Shown: positions 1 to 15,523 of the stretch, one piece after another
Position numbering within the stretch: position 1 is the stretch's first letter
Layout: each line of letters begins with the position of its first letter
Assembly: GCA_964035545.1 (NCBI GenBank)
Contig: OZ037768.1
Coordinates: 21,435,700-21,499,699, forward strand
Source: Bugula neritina
Lineage: Eukaryota > Animalia > Bryozoa
Length of the DNA: 64,000 nucleotides
Reading direction: 5' to 3'
The notes under the pieces: model-generated
What the model was told of the DNA's origin: nothing
What the model saw: only the letters and a program-made list of their open reading frames with translations
Databases searched by the model: none
Position numbers and translations under genes: made by a program

Positions 1-911
1 GGAGGGCGCCCGCTGGGACAGGACTACTCAAGTTATTGAAGAATCTCAGCCTAAGATCCTATACGACTCAATGCCTGTAATATGGCTGAAGCCTGGCTGT
101 AAGACAGACATAAGGCACGACAACTCCTACGAGTGTCCAGGTTAGCATTTTATTTATTTTCTTCGAGAGTTGTCTTCACTCTGCAGATCTGTATCTGAAA
201 TAGTGTTTACTTTGTCACAATGTTATGGGCTTGCGTCGCCTGGGAAATTAAAGATGCAACTGGTTGTTGAAAGAAGTTGAAATGGTCCAGTAATCAGCAA
301 TTTTTGGTTCCAAACTCCTATTTTCATGAGTCATGTTTTTCAAAATCTAATTAGTTTTGTAGGATTATTATTTGCTATTGATCGAATACTTCTTGAAAAC
401 TGCTGATAACATTGTGACAAGATAAGACTGTGTGTGCTATTCAAAGCGACGCTATGCGTACCTATTTATGTTTATCATAATGTATCATTGTTTTGTCGGA
501 CAGTTTGGAAAACATATGGGATTAAAACCTTTACTGCTGCAGCTTGATAAAAACTTTTTTGATATTTAACACTTTAACATCTGGGAAAGGGGGGACACTT
601 GTAATATCAAATTATTTAGCTGAATTGGCTTAAGCTAGATAACAGGTGGGCCTGTAGAACTTTATCCACTGGGATTTCAACATATTATTTAGCTAATTAC
701 TGTTTTAGCAGATGTTGAAGTGTAAACACATACAATACTGTTTATTGTGATATGATATCTTGTAGTATACAAAACAAGTGCTAGAAGAGGCACACTATCC
801 ACCACTGGACATAGTACAAACTACGTATTGGAGATATACTTACCTACTAACAAACCCCCTACTCACTGGATTAACAGGGGTGTAGCGCTACTCTGTCAGC
901 TTGATGACTAG
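1..911 (+). CDS. DNAH3: Axonemal dynein heavy chain C-terminus (DNAH3/7/12 inner-arm type), last two exons <1-140 and 766-911; 5' partial
   Basis: Manual translation: [31 protein letters not shown]...YECP|[48 protein letters not shown], the hallmark axonemal dynein C-terminus. The GT-AG intron 141-765 joins in frame; AATAAA at ~1158. Not in the ORF track. The family is secure; the paralogue assignment is tentative. Confidence 0.9.
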
Positions 912-2307
912 AACTATCTTCTCATGACACTCTAATCTAATGGAAATATCAGTGACTGAATGTTATAACTTTATAACTGTGATAATGTAAAGCTTTGCTC
1001 AATCTCTTTTACAAGTTCAACTCTCTATTTTGTACTCTTTTTTTCATCCGTCCACCGTCCCTGTATTTTCTATTCAATCTCTTATATATTATAGAACTTT
1101 GCATCTCTGTACTGCTAGCTTTGGTTAATCCTTGTAAATTACTTGCTCTATGGTAATAATAAACTTTATTATTAGTCACATTCTGTTTTCTGTTATATAG
1201 TTTATATCTTTTACTTAAAAAACGGATTCATGGGTGATTTTTAACTGAAAATGTTGAGTTGTGTTCCCTTATTTGTGCTGAATTTCATTGATCTGATAAT
1301 GGCAACTGTTTCTACATATTTTAATGCATAAAGAGCTCAAAGTTTCAATATCATTGTGTCATGTAAAGTTACAAGAAAATATTCTACTTCTGATATCCTC
1401 TTCCTTGAAGCATTGAAACTATCTTGCTGGCAGAGTGATAAGTTTCAGGTTATGGTTTACTCTGCCTCACTAGAGCTGCAGTTAGTTAACTATCTAACTG
1501 CAGACCCTTCTTCCTATTGGACAATTTAATACTAAGAGCAAACCATCAAACTTCATTTTTATTCTCAATTTTTGCTCTCTTAATGGTTTTAGCAGAAAAC
1601 ATTTTGCCTGCTAATTCCAAATTAGGAATTCAAGTTGTTGATAAGGTTTTATCATTTCCTGAATGATATAACAGTAACTCTGATGACCCCTTGTACAGTG
1701 GTGCTGTCATATGATCCAACTTTATTTCTATTATTTTGATATGCAATATAACCGCATTCATGCTGACAGAAGCAGGAGGGTTGGAGCAGTGTCTCTACAC
1801 AACATATCTACTTAAAGTGTCTTTGCTTATATATCCTTTACCTGCTGCTCAGCCAGGGTGCAGACGTAAGTATCTTATAATGTGTACATCATGTGTTACA
1901 AGTTCAACTATAGTTACAGTCTTCTGTAATGTTCCTATTGTTGTAATTATTCGAAGTGAAAAGTTAAGTCTCAGAAGAACAGAAAATGTTAGCTATTTTA
2001 TAGTAATCAGAATCATTGTAGAAAAAGCATAATGTAGCTAAAATTGCTGTGATGATACAAGTAAAGCTATAAGGAATTAGGAAAAGTTTTCCCCAGCTTA
2101 TGCAATGTCCTGACAGTTTATATAATACTATTATCAAGATATGTTTCTCTAAATATAATCATTTTATTAGTTTATTGGCTGAAGACACAGGCCACACAAT
2201 TTATGTAATGCAGAACATTATATTATGCTATTTGACCTCGCAGTGACACACTACACAGTTTTATACACGAGGAGTTTATTTTCAAACTCAAATACAATAT
2301 TTTTAGA

Positions 2308-6201
<3,894 letters not shown>

Positions 6202-6905
6202 AAAATTATGCATAGTTATACTGTCTGTAAATGTAACTGAATAGCATGTTTTAATTGTTATTAATCATGCATGCGTTTCTATATGCACACAACTCTTCAT
6301 ATACCTAGCACTTTTTATACACTTTGCTTACAACTTTAATATAGCAGGACATGTACTAAGTATTCATGCATATATCCCACATTTGCTAGCAATAAAGTTA
6401 TATCGTGCTGCGCATAAACAGTCGCTTTTCAATTTACTGTTCACCGTTTGACAAAAGGGCATAACTCCCAATTATCTAATTAATTGTACGAAGTACTTAC
6501 ATCCACTGAAACATAACTGGTATATTTCAGTGTATTGCGCAATCACATAGAATTCTATTTCTTATATATAGACCTATTATAGCATTTGTCTTACTGATAA
6601 TAAGTTCTACTATAATCAAAATCAAAACTTCATTAAAACTTGATAAAAAATAATTTTCAAAAGTCTATAGCTTGGTTTAAAAATGTGCCCGGTAAATTTG
6701 AATGGTTTAAGAAAGCATAAAAAACTTGCAATGTTGTTTGCTATCATTAAAAACATGCTAATGATAACACATTTTTAATTGTTTTGCACAAAATATAGAA
6801 TACAATTTGGGAAAACTTATATAAGTATGTATATGCTGCTGAAACTGCACTTGAAGTTATATGTTTTATACATGCACATGTCATATACTCCGTATGTAAA
6901 GTTTT

Positions 6906-7000
6906 GGCCCCACTGGGATTTGAACCCGAGACTTCCACCTTGCAAGCAAGTGTGCTAACCATTACACCACAGGGACTGGTGAGTTACCCCATCACTACAT
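6906..7000 (-). mobile_element. tRNA-derived dispersed repeat, copy 1
   Basis: Reverse complement has an A-box-like TGGTGTAATGG, a B-box GGTTCAAATCC and a TTGCAA loop; homologous to the copies at 7128, 32647 and 42901. Confidence 0.75.
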
Positions 7001-7127
7001 CCCACCCAGTTCTCTGAACTCTACTGGCCTATCTGCTACTCCTTCAGTCTTCAGGCTCCCCTGGCCTCTCAACTCCCTCGGAGTACTACCACACTACACT
7101 AAAGGCCGAAATAGCTTGAAAAACAAT

Positions 7128-7233
7128 TGCCCCACCGGGATTCGAACCACAGACTTCCACAGACCTCCGGCTTGCAAGCAGGCGTGCTAACCAATCACAC
7201 CACAGGGGCAACTGAGAAAACTCAACACTACAC
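7128..7233 (-). mobile_element. tRNA-derived dispersed repeat, copy 2 (with a short internal duplication)
   Basis: Reverse complement: GCCCCTGTGGTGTGATTGGTTAGCACGCCTGCTTGCAAGCCGG...GGTTCGAATCCCGGTGGGGCA. Confidence 0.75.
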
Positions 7234-8339
7234 AGTATCCATAAGCTCAGTACTCACATTTTACCATACTACAGCCTCAGCTGGGGTAAACAGAAGAAAC
7301 TTGATTATACACAAGTTGCTACTTTTAGTTCTGTTGTAAATAGTTCTCCAAGTATTCAATGATGATATAAAAGTGAAGGTAGGTGTACCCTAAACCAAAA
7401 CTAATAAGCAATTAAAAAACTTAGGGTGGTGGTGTTTCTTTGTTACCACATAATATATATATATACTATAATGCAATCAATAGTTAAATTCCTGCAGTGT
7501 ATAATAATGTAATAACACAGCTATAAACAACATATATATTGACAGATAAAAAGTCAAACCCTAATAATACTAAAGAACCATATACATTAGTTGCTGAGTA
7601 GTAAAATTTGTATTAATCCTGATACATATTAAGTTAACCAAAACTCTTTTTTCATATAGGCCTACCTAGATAAAATTCGAATATAGATAAATACCACATG
7701 GCTCCTTCAATAATTTCAAATCATGCAAAAATAATATTTAGGTGTGATTTAGTAACAATGCATCATTGGTATAAATTAATGATTCTAGTAGACCATTATT
7801 TGCGGTGCTTCTTTGGTAAATAAATTGCAGTTGGTTTTTTTAACTAATCTTGTAGTTACCATAAAAACTGGAAGTTTTTTGGCAAATTATCAACTTGCAT
7901 AAAAATGCATTGTGAATTCTACATATTGTGATGACTTGGAAATTATTGATTTATTGTATTGTTGTCTATTAGTATTGGATAACTGGTCATCCTCTTATAC
8001 TGTTATCTATTTATCTGCAAGTGTAGGCCTATGGTGTTTTCCTATTCCACTATAGGCTTATCTTCACTGCTCAAAGAGGACTGAACCAGTGGCAATAAAA
8101 TAATCAACCTATAAATGTATTTTTTATATAGCCATAAATATTCTATCAACGATTTAGGTTACCGAACATTGGTACATCTGTACTAGAACCAAAGAAGAAT
8201 GCGCTACTGTGGTTTCATGTTCCAAGGCGTTGGCTAATGGCAAAGGGTTAAAGTTCAAATAAATCGCTCTGGATAAGAGCACAATCTGCATGACTGCGGG
8301 CTTGCTCCAACATCCGCTTTTGCTTTCATGACAATAAAA

Positions 8340-9620
8340 TTATTATTATTTCAGTATCCACATCGAAAAGTCTCAATAATTATAATAATCATAGTAATAT
8401 TCATAATTATTTATATTATACAATACTTAGTATTTTAACTATAAAATATGAACTGTTTGTTTATGTTATTGCAATTAATCTTACTCTTATCAATACCTTT
8501 GCAAATAGTTTACTTTAATTAAAATTTAATTCAATTTGATAATCATAATGAATTTGAATTTCAATTTGTAATTGCTTAAACTTAAAGTTAAAATTGAATT
8601 GGTCACTGCTAACCCTGAATTCCTGAAAATCACGGTGACTTTCACTCTGATTTTGACTTTTACTGAGACTCTTAGCCTTAGCTCTTAGGTGAGTCAGCCT
8701 CACACTAAAACGCTAACAGTCATTGTTAAACTTAATCCTAATCTTATCAGTATCACTATGGCTATGGGTATGGGGCATGGGCTGTGTCCTGTGACACTAT
8801 CACAATCAATATCACTGACACTCTGACTAGGATAATCATGATGATAATGACTATGAATCTCTTAGTATAAGTATAAGTATAGGTGTTACTATTGGTATTA
8901 ATATTGTAATGGATTTTTACCCTCTATTTGTTCTGAAGTAACTGTGTGCGTCAGTATCATAATTACTTGTCAGTATCATTTTGAATGCTGTAATTATAAC
9001 TAAGTGAGGTAGCTTTCTAATACCTAAGTATTATGATTGTTGTTAAAGCTTTCAGCATAATGTAATTACACTGAATACGCATTCTTAAGTTATGTAATAT
9101 TTCTTTTACTAGTGTTGCTTTTCTTTTACTAATGTTGCCCGAGAATGGCATTTCGGGCCTCCAATTTCACCAACAAAGGAATCTTTCTTTGTTTTCTGTA
9201 TATAAAAGCCAGCGAGTTCCAGTGTAGGTCAGTCTACTGCTGGAGCTCGCTGCTGGGAAAGGACCTGATTTTATACTCTTCAATAAAGATTGCTATCATC
9301 TACACTACTTCAAACCTTGTTCTCTCTTACAAAGAGCACGTTCAAGCACTAGTTGCATTCAGTACCCACAGGTTTATCACAATATTACTACATAACTGTT
9401 CATATCAGTAAGTGAATATCACTATCACTATTACTAATAGTAATACTAATAGCAATACTAATACTATTATTTATCAGCTATTGCTTATTTATGATATACT
9501 TTTAGTTTTACTGTATTATTATTAGTATTACTATTACTATGACAGCAAAATTGAATAATTCACTTAAATTATCCAGTCGTTTGTCATGAAATGACTTACT
9601 TTTACTTTTACTTTTAGTGC
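8340..9620. repeat. Degenerate 6-nt/3-nt periodic tract upstream of PARP16, interrupted by a solo LTR
   Basis: Examples: CTTAAA CTTAAA GTTAAA ATTGAA; ACTATG GCTATG GGTATG; ACTATC ACTATT ACTAAT AGTAAT ACTAAT AGCAAT; TTTTAC repeats. Confidence 0.7.
8905..9381 (+). mobile_element. Solo LTR (477 bp, Gypsy-like)
   Basis: Begins TGTAAT and ends ATCACA (TG...CA, imperfect inverted ends). Flanked by a 4-bp direct repeat ATAT (8901-8904, 9382-9385). Internal TATAAAAG 9201-9208, hairpin 9210-9252 and AATAAA 9282-9287 lie in U3-R-U5 order. Confidence 0.75.
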
Positions 9621-10014
9621 TACGAATACATTTACTATTACATTCATTTTTTACCTTATTAAAGTCTTAGTGTTTTATTTAAAATATTTTTGATAATTAT
9701 GATTAATAAATTAAAACATACTTGTAATTGTAGATTTATTTGTCAACTTTACTCTTGTAAGCAGTGTTGTAGCACCCACCTGTAATATGTAAGTGTAGTG
9801 ATAATTAAAATGTTAGTTATAGTAAAATTAATTTTGAGTTTTACTTTAACTATATAATTTGTTTTTTCTAACTTCAGGCTTTAATTTTAAGCAAAACTTA
9901 AAATAATTTTAACTTAAAATAAGTTTTAAACTATCATTAATAATGATGAAACTATCAATATAGGCTAATTATTATTATTACACATTTAAAAACATTAATA
10001 AATTCACTGCATTA

Positions 10015-11336
10015 GGGGTAACGGGGGCACAACGGGCCGAATTTTGCATTTGTTGCTTTCATTCGTCTGTTTTTCAAGTTACTAACTCAATAATCTCTAG
10101 TCTTAATGCTGCATATGTTGTCTATTACAGGTATCAGTTTGTTGTTTCTATCTCTCTCACAACTTTCAGAATAATCAAATTTTCATGACGAAAAAATTGG
10201 CCCATTGTGCCCCGGTACCGGGGTACAATGGGCCACTGGGTGGGACACAACAAATATATTGAAATTTTGCGTATTTTGTTACATCTGATCTTTATTTATT
10301 TAATATTTCAAATAAATAAAGATACTCTCTCAGATCTACAGCAAAATTAATGTGTTAGTTGTACAGTTTGTGCCACTACGGATAGCAGAGGAAGGCAAAA
10401 TTAAACGCACGTCACTCGGTTCTGCACGCAGTGCCATTATCATTACTGTTTAGAACTAAAAATGTTCTGTTATTTTTACCTCAGAGGAACGTTTATTAAA
10501 AAAAAACTTTAGTAACATGTACTACAAAATTCCAAGTGGACTTTTTTCTATGAACTGTAGCTAAGGTGCATGCATGGCTGAGGTTTGTGACTGGAGTACG
10601 GAAGGGAGAGGGGGGAGTAAATGAGCAAATCACAACTTATTTTAGTCAAATACATGTATATTCTCTCAATGGTGTAATATATAATGATTATCATGACTAT
10701 CTACTAGTAGCAACAGCAGAGTGTTTTGTATAATGTATAAAATGGCAAAGCTTTAACCTCATCAGATGTATATATTAAGGGAGCTTCAACTTGTAGTTTT
10801 GTAGTCATACCATGATGTCTTTGATATTTTACAAAAACGTCAGAAATGGCTATATCTATAGATTTTAGTAACATTTCAACCAACTTTTTGGGCAAACAAA
10901 CTAATAACAGTGATTAGGGTGCAATAATCAGGTGGCCCATTGTGCCCCGGTCAGCGTGGCCCATTGTGCCCCGTGTGGCCAAATTGAAAATAAATGTGCC
11001 TCAAGGAAAATTTATTTCAGTGTTTGCTGTTATGCTAGTTAAGCAATGTAGAGACAAGCAATGGCAACAATATTAGTAAAACCTATGCTTCTTGCTTTTG
11101 AGTGTAAAAAGTTATAAAGCTTTAACTACATCATAAAAAATTTACAAAAAGTAGATAAAAACAGTTTTTTACTCGCCTTTTCAACACGTATGTTCCGCAA
11201 GTGTTGAAACTACAAAGGCTGAATAATTATGTCAATATCTTTTTTATGAAAAAACATCACAACTCTAAGTCAATAAGTTCTCTCACAATTTGGCCGGCTT
11301 TTTGTACCCCTATGACCGTTGTGCCCCCGTTACCCC
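10015..11336. mobile_element. Non-autonomous DNA transposon (MITE-like, Tc1/mariner-pogo type), 1322 bp
   Basis: Perfect 21-bp TIRs GGGGTAACGGGGGCACAACGG (10015-10035) and CCGTTGTGCCCCCGTTACCCC (11316-11336), with TA on both flanks. Internal TIR-like motifs TGGCCCATTGTGCCCC at 10198-10235 and 10933-10973. No transposase ORF. Confidence 0.9.
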
Positions 11337-11409
11337 TACTCCTGCTATTGTAGTCATAGTTTCATTTATCAAGAATGTATTTTTTGTAGCTTTTATGTTT
11401 GCTTAAAGT

Positions 11410-14400
11410 ATGGAAGGAATGGGCGATGATAATGGAAGTTCCATTGAAGAACTCGTTGCTTATCTTTCTCAACACTTCTACGAGGCAGAACTCTCTCTGG
11501 CTCTTTTCACAGCAGCTGTAACGAGCTACCGGTGTGATTCACTGCTCAAACCTTTTCCTCCCATGTATATAGTGGATGGGGAACCTGACATATCGGCTTT
11601 GGTCAGTTGATCACTAATTTTTGCTAAAAAATAATATATTATAAATGCATTAAGAAAAGACTTCAAAATTTTTCTAGCATATTTCTAAGTGATGAGAAGT
11701 TTGTTATATGTGGAAGAATTACTTGTGTGTAACACCGTATCATTTTGTCTCACTTTTAAATGCTATGCCAGTATTAACAGTATAATATATAATAATAATA
11801 TCTTAATAATATATAACTCAGCAATATCAATATAAACAAATATTTACAACTTTGATATGGTAGATAATCCATTCATTTCATTTGTTGATGACAGGCTGCC
11901 GATGTCAAAAGTATTCCGTGTTTAAAGCAACTGGCAGCAGGGGAATTATCAATCTCTTTTGAACTAGCAGACTTGCTACTTTGGGTTGTAAAATACCGAA
12001 AGACTAAACTCAAACATCTGCCCACAAGCAGCTTTGAAGAGCTGACAAAACAGACTGGCAAATACTTACCAATAGGAAACCCACAATACATATATCAGCT
12101 GCAGTTCAATGAGCAGAGTGAAGCTGCCTTTACAAATCTCGCTGCCGACAGAAAAGTATTTTGTGCATTTCATGGAAGTCGTCTAGAAAATTTCTTCTCT
12201 ATACTACACTACGGTCTCTGCGGTCACATGAATAAGGTTTGTTGTTCATGTTTGCAAAGTCATTCGTTTCTTGTCATTTGACATGAAATTCTAAATCACA
12301 TTATGGTGATGAGTTAAATAGGGCATGCGAGAATGGTGTTAGTAACATTTAATTTATGTTCATTCATTTTAAGTTATATTACTACAGTAACTTAACCTAA
12401 CAGGAACTAAACCTTTTTATTTCAACATTATGGATGGTGTGAAGCTATAATGTTGTGATGAAGCGCAGTAATAGAGATAATTCTTTTCAGCCAATCATTA
12501 TAGTGTATTATAAAGTGAATATGCAGCCATTAAAGTTTGATGTATACTTATATTGTTCTGTATTTTAGACCTCATTGTTTGGTGAAGGAACATACCTCTC
12601 TACAGAACCGTCAGTTGCGGCTAACTTTAGTCCTTGGGGACACACAGGAAGGTCAGCCACTCAGTCGGTGTTTGGTCACTCGATGAGTGTCCTCGCCCTT
12701 TGTGAGGTCATAGATGACCCCAGTGTCAAACACTCCTTCGACAGCGGTTAGTTCACTTGTTTTAAGGAATGAGTCAATATTACAACATATAGAATGTCTA
12801 AAGTGTCAAAATACTCTATATGAAATAATTCGGATAAAGTTTTAGAAATAATTAGGAAAGGCTCTTTGCATTGTATTAGAGAGGCCATGTGAGAACCCCC
12901 CCCCCTCCTAAAGGCCTCATTTCCCCTAAGGCTTATGTCATAGCCTTGTAATGTAGAAAGTCTCTACACTGGCTTTGTTTTTAATGCATCAATAGTTTCA
13001 ACATTTCCTTATAACTGGCACATCAAGTATAAAGGTGAAGATGTAACAGAGCTAATGTAGACCTTCACAGGGAATAGCATCACAAGCCTCACTTCCTCTT
13101 TCTGTAGAGGCTAATAACAAATATGTTAGGTTAGCTATCCATAATGTGAAACAATAAAATAGTTCTCCAAATCCCAGTATTATCAACTATAGAATAAATG
13201 AACAAACCTAAAAGCCGATATTTTCTGAATGATATAATGGCATGATTTAGTAAGGGTCAAAGTGGTTCATTGGCCCATTATTTAACCTTTAATTGAATTT
13301 TAAACATTTTTATTTTCTAAATGGTAAAATATATTTTTAAGTAGTTTGTTAGCATCAGTAAGTGTTAGGTTTTCTATCATGATAGAAGAGCAGTACGTGG
13401 CAAAAAAGCATAGCATGTTGCATTGAAATGTCACAGTTGGCCTAAAAACTAAAGTGATGACTAGACGTATTCTTTCACATCAGAATAAAAACTGTTGTGG
13501 TCTAGAAATTGTCTGCTCATTTAAAAATGTAGAAGACAATTTCCAAATTTCCTGCAATGCATTATATTTACTGTAGAGAAAGTAGACAGAAAAGCACCGA
13601 ACAGTATGGGAGGTGATGTGCCCGACAAGTATGTGGTCGTCACCAACAATGACATGCTGAGAGTGAAATATCTTCTGGTCTACTCTGAGGCTAGAAAGTC
13701 ACATGACAGGTAATTTCAGTGTAATAGTATTATTGTCTAATAGCTCAGTGTTGGTGCCTATGATATGTATTCTAGTATTTTGCTTTTAAGGTTGAGATAG
13801 ATTATGCTAATTTATTACACATTGTATCATTTTAGTATAGAAAGTCTATTTTACAATCATATTTTGTGTGCATGTACTTGCCAAGGCATCATAAAAACTG
13901 ATGAGTTAACCATTTCTCCATTTTATTTAAGCAAGTTGTTTTGCCAATGGTAATAATGTGTATCATATTGCTTGTTGGGTATCATCCAACTATGTGTAGG
14001 AGAAGGTTTAATAATTATCAACTAGAAACTGTGATGCTATTATTGGTGATTTGTTTTGAAAGCGCTGCCTATGAGAAATGAAGGTGCTGCTGCATGTTAT
14101 TATTGAATTGGGCCAGCAGTACCTTTAATTTTGTTAATTACAATACCAGTATTGCTGCTTTCTCAGTGCTGACATATATACATTGGTGATGTAAAAATGA
14201 TGTAATGGTATTACAGTAGCGGCGCAGAGTCAACCCCCACCCCGTCTCTCGTTACGAGACTGCTTAGAAAACATGGCTACTGGCTCTCCCTGTTCTTCTA
14301 CATCTTCGTGCTTCTTCTCATCGGACTGTTCAACTCCAAGTCCTTCTGGAGACAAGTGCGCCGTCTGTATGAGAACACCTTCGACAGCTTAGGTTGGTCA

Positions 14401-14421
14401 GGGAGTGACTCATCCTGGTGA
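11410..14421 (+). CDS. PARP16: Mono-ADP-ribosyltransferase PARP16 (tail-anchored ER PARP)
   Basis: Exons 11410-11601, 11895-12236, 12569-12746, 13577-13709 and 14217-14421 join in frame. Motifs: [66 protein letters not shown] (H-Y-Y triad), and C-terminal [20 protein letters not shown]. Confidence 0.93.
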
Positions 14422-15523
14422 CGGAATGTTCCGGCAATTGACAGATTTATTTTTATATTTCAGCAATTTATTTTACATCACATCACACGATGTAGTGTGC
14501 ATGGGGACTGCGCAGTACTAGTAGCTATTGCACTTTTCTAGTCACTTATGTTATACTAAATCATTCATTTCTGTGATAAATAGCTATGCCTAGTACACAT
14601 GTGTATGTTTCGTAGAGTTAGGTGCAGTCAGAGAGAAGTTGTGTTTATAACTATTTTCGTAGCCTACTTTGGCTAAACTGAAGCCCTAAAGGTTGATCAT
14701 CCAACTTGATTTGGTCATAAATGTCTTTGAATTAATCAGTATACTCCACTTTCAATTTTTTAACTCACTTTAAACCAATTGTGATGGTAATTGGCGTTTT
14801 ACATGTCCCGAACAATCTAGAGTGAAAAATTACTGATAAATGTAGGCGTGTGTTTATTAGACATTGACTATACAAAGGAGACTTTTTTCTAGACTATTTG
14901 TTGAGTTCCTGTAGAAATATGATTGTACGATGTACGATTCCAGGCTTGAATCTCTAATTGAAAAATAGAGACGGAATGAATTGCTTATGAAGCATCTTTT
15001 AATTTTTGCTAACTAATTATGCAACGTTACAACTAATATGTGCAAATGTATTTAGATTAATGTAGAGTTGTGGAACAAAACATTACCTTCCATTATAATT
15101 TTAATAGAATATATTTTTAGATGATTTATGTGTCGAATGTTTTTAATTTATATCAACATTATTTTGAAATAATTACAATTGAAAATGCATCATTAAATAG
15201 AAATTCAATTTACTAACACTCAGTGTAAAAACTATGTTAAAAAAGCATACAATCTTGTAAAAATAACAGGTTTTTGCTAGCATGTGTAAGCTTACTATTA
15301 CTTACTAGTAAAATGCAAGTTTAATGTACATTTATTTTTAAGCTAATAAATACTAAGAAGTAAAAAACTTGAAAACTGTTTTTACATCTGGACCATTTTG
15401 AGCTTATAGCAGACAACTACCAGTTTGGTCATATCAATACTGATATACTAACAGCACTAAACCTATCACTTCACACTCTCCAATCTCCTAACTTGCCCAC
15501 ATAATATTCTGGTATACTTCAAG

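Noticed and set aside
1831-1839. U12-type donor ATATCCTTT
   Set aside because: No matching TCCTTAAC branch site or AC acceptor found; likely chance in AT-rich DNA.
6906-7233. Functional tRNA-Ala genes (also at 32647 and 42901)
   Set aside because: 6-nt anticodon loop, mismatched stems and divergence among copies indicate repeats or pseudogenes.
8515-8703. Protein-coding explanation for the periodic tract (alternating-residue ORF)
   Set aside because: Short, with no ATG or supportive splice context; the alternating residues simply reflect 6-nt periodicity.
10704-10895. Possible transposase remnant inside the TIR element
   Set aside because: 63 aa, non-ATG start, no HTH/DDE motif recognisable.
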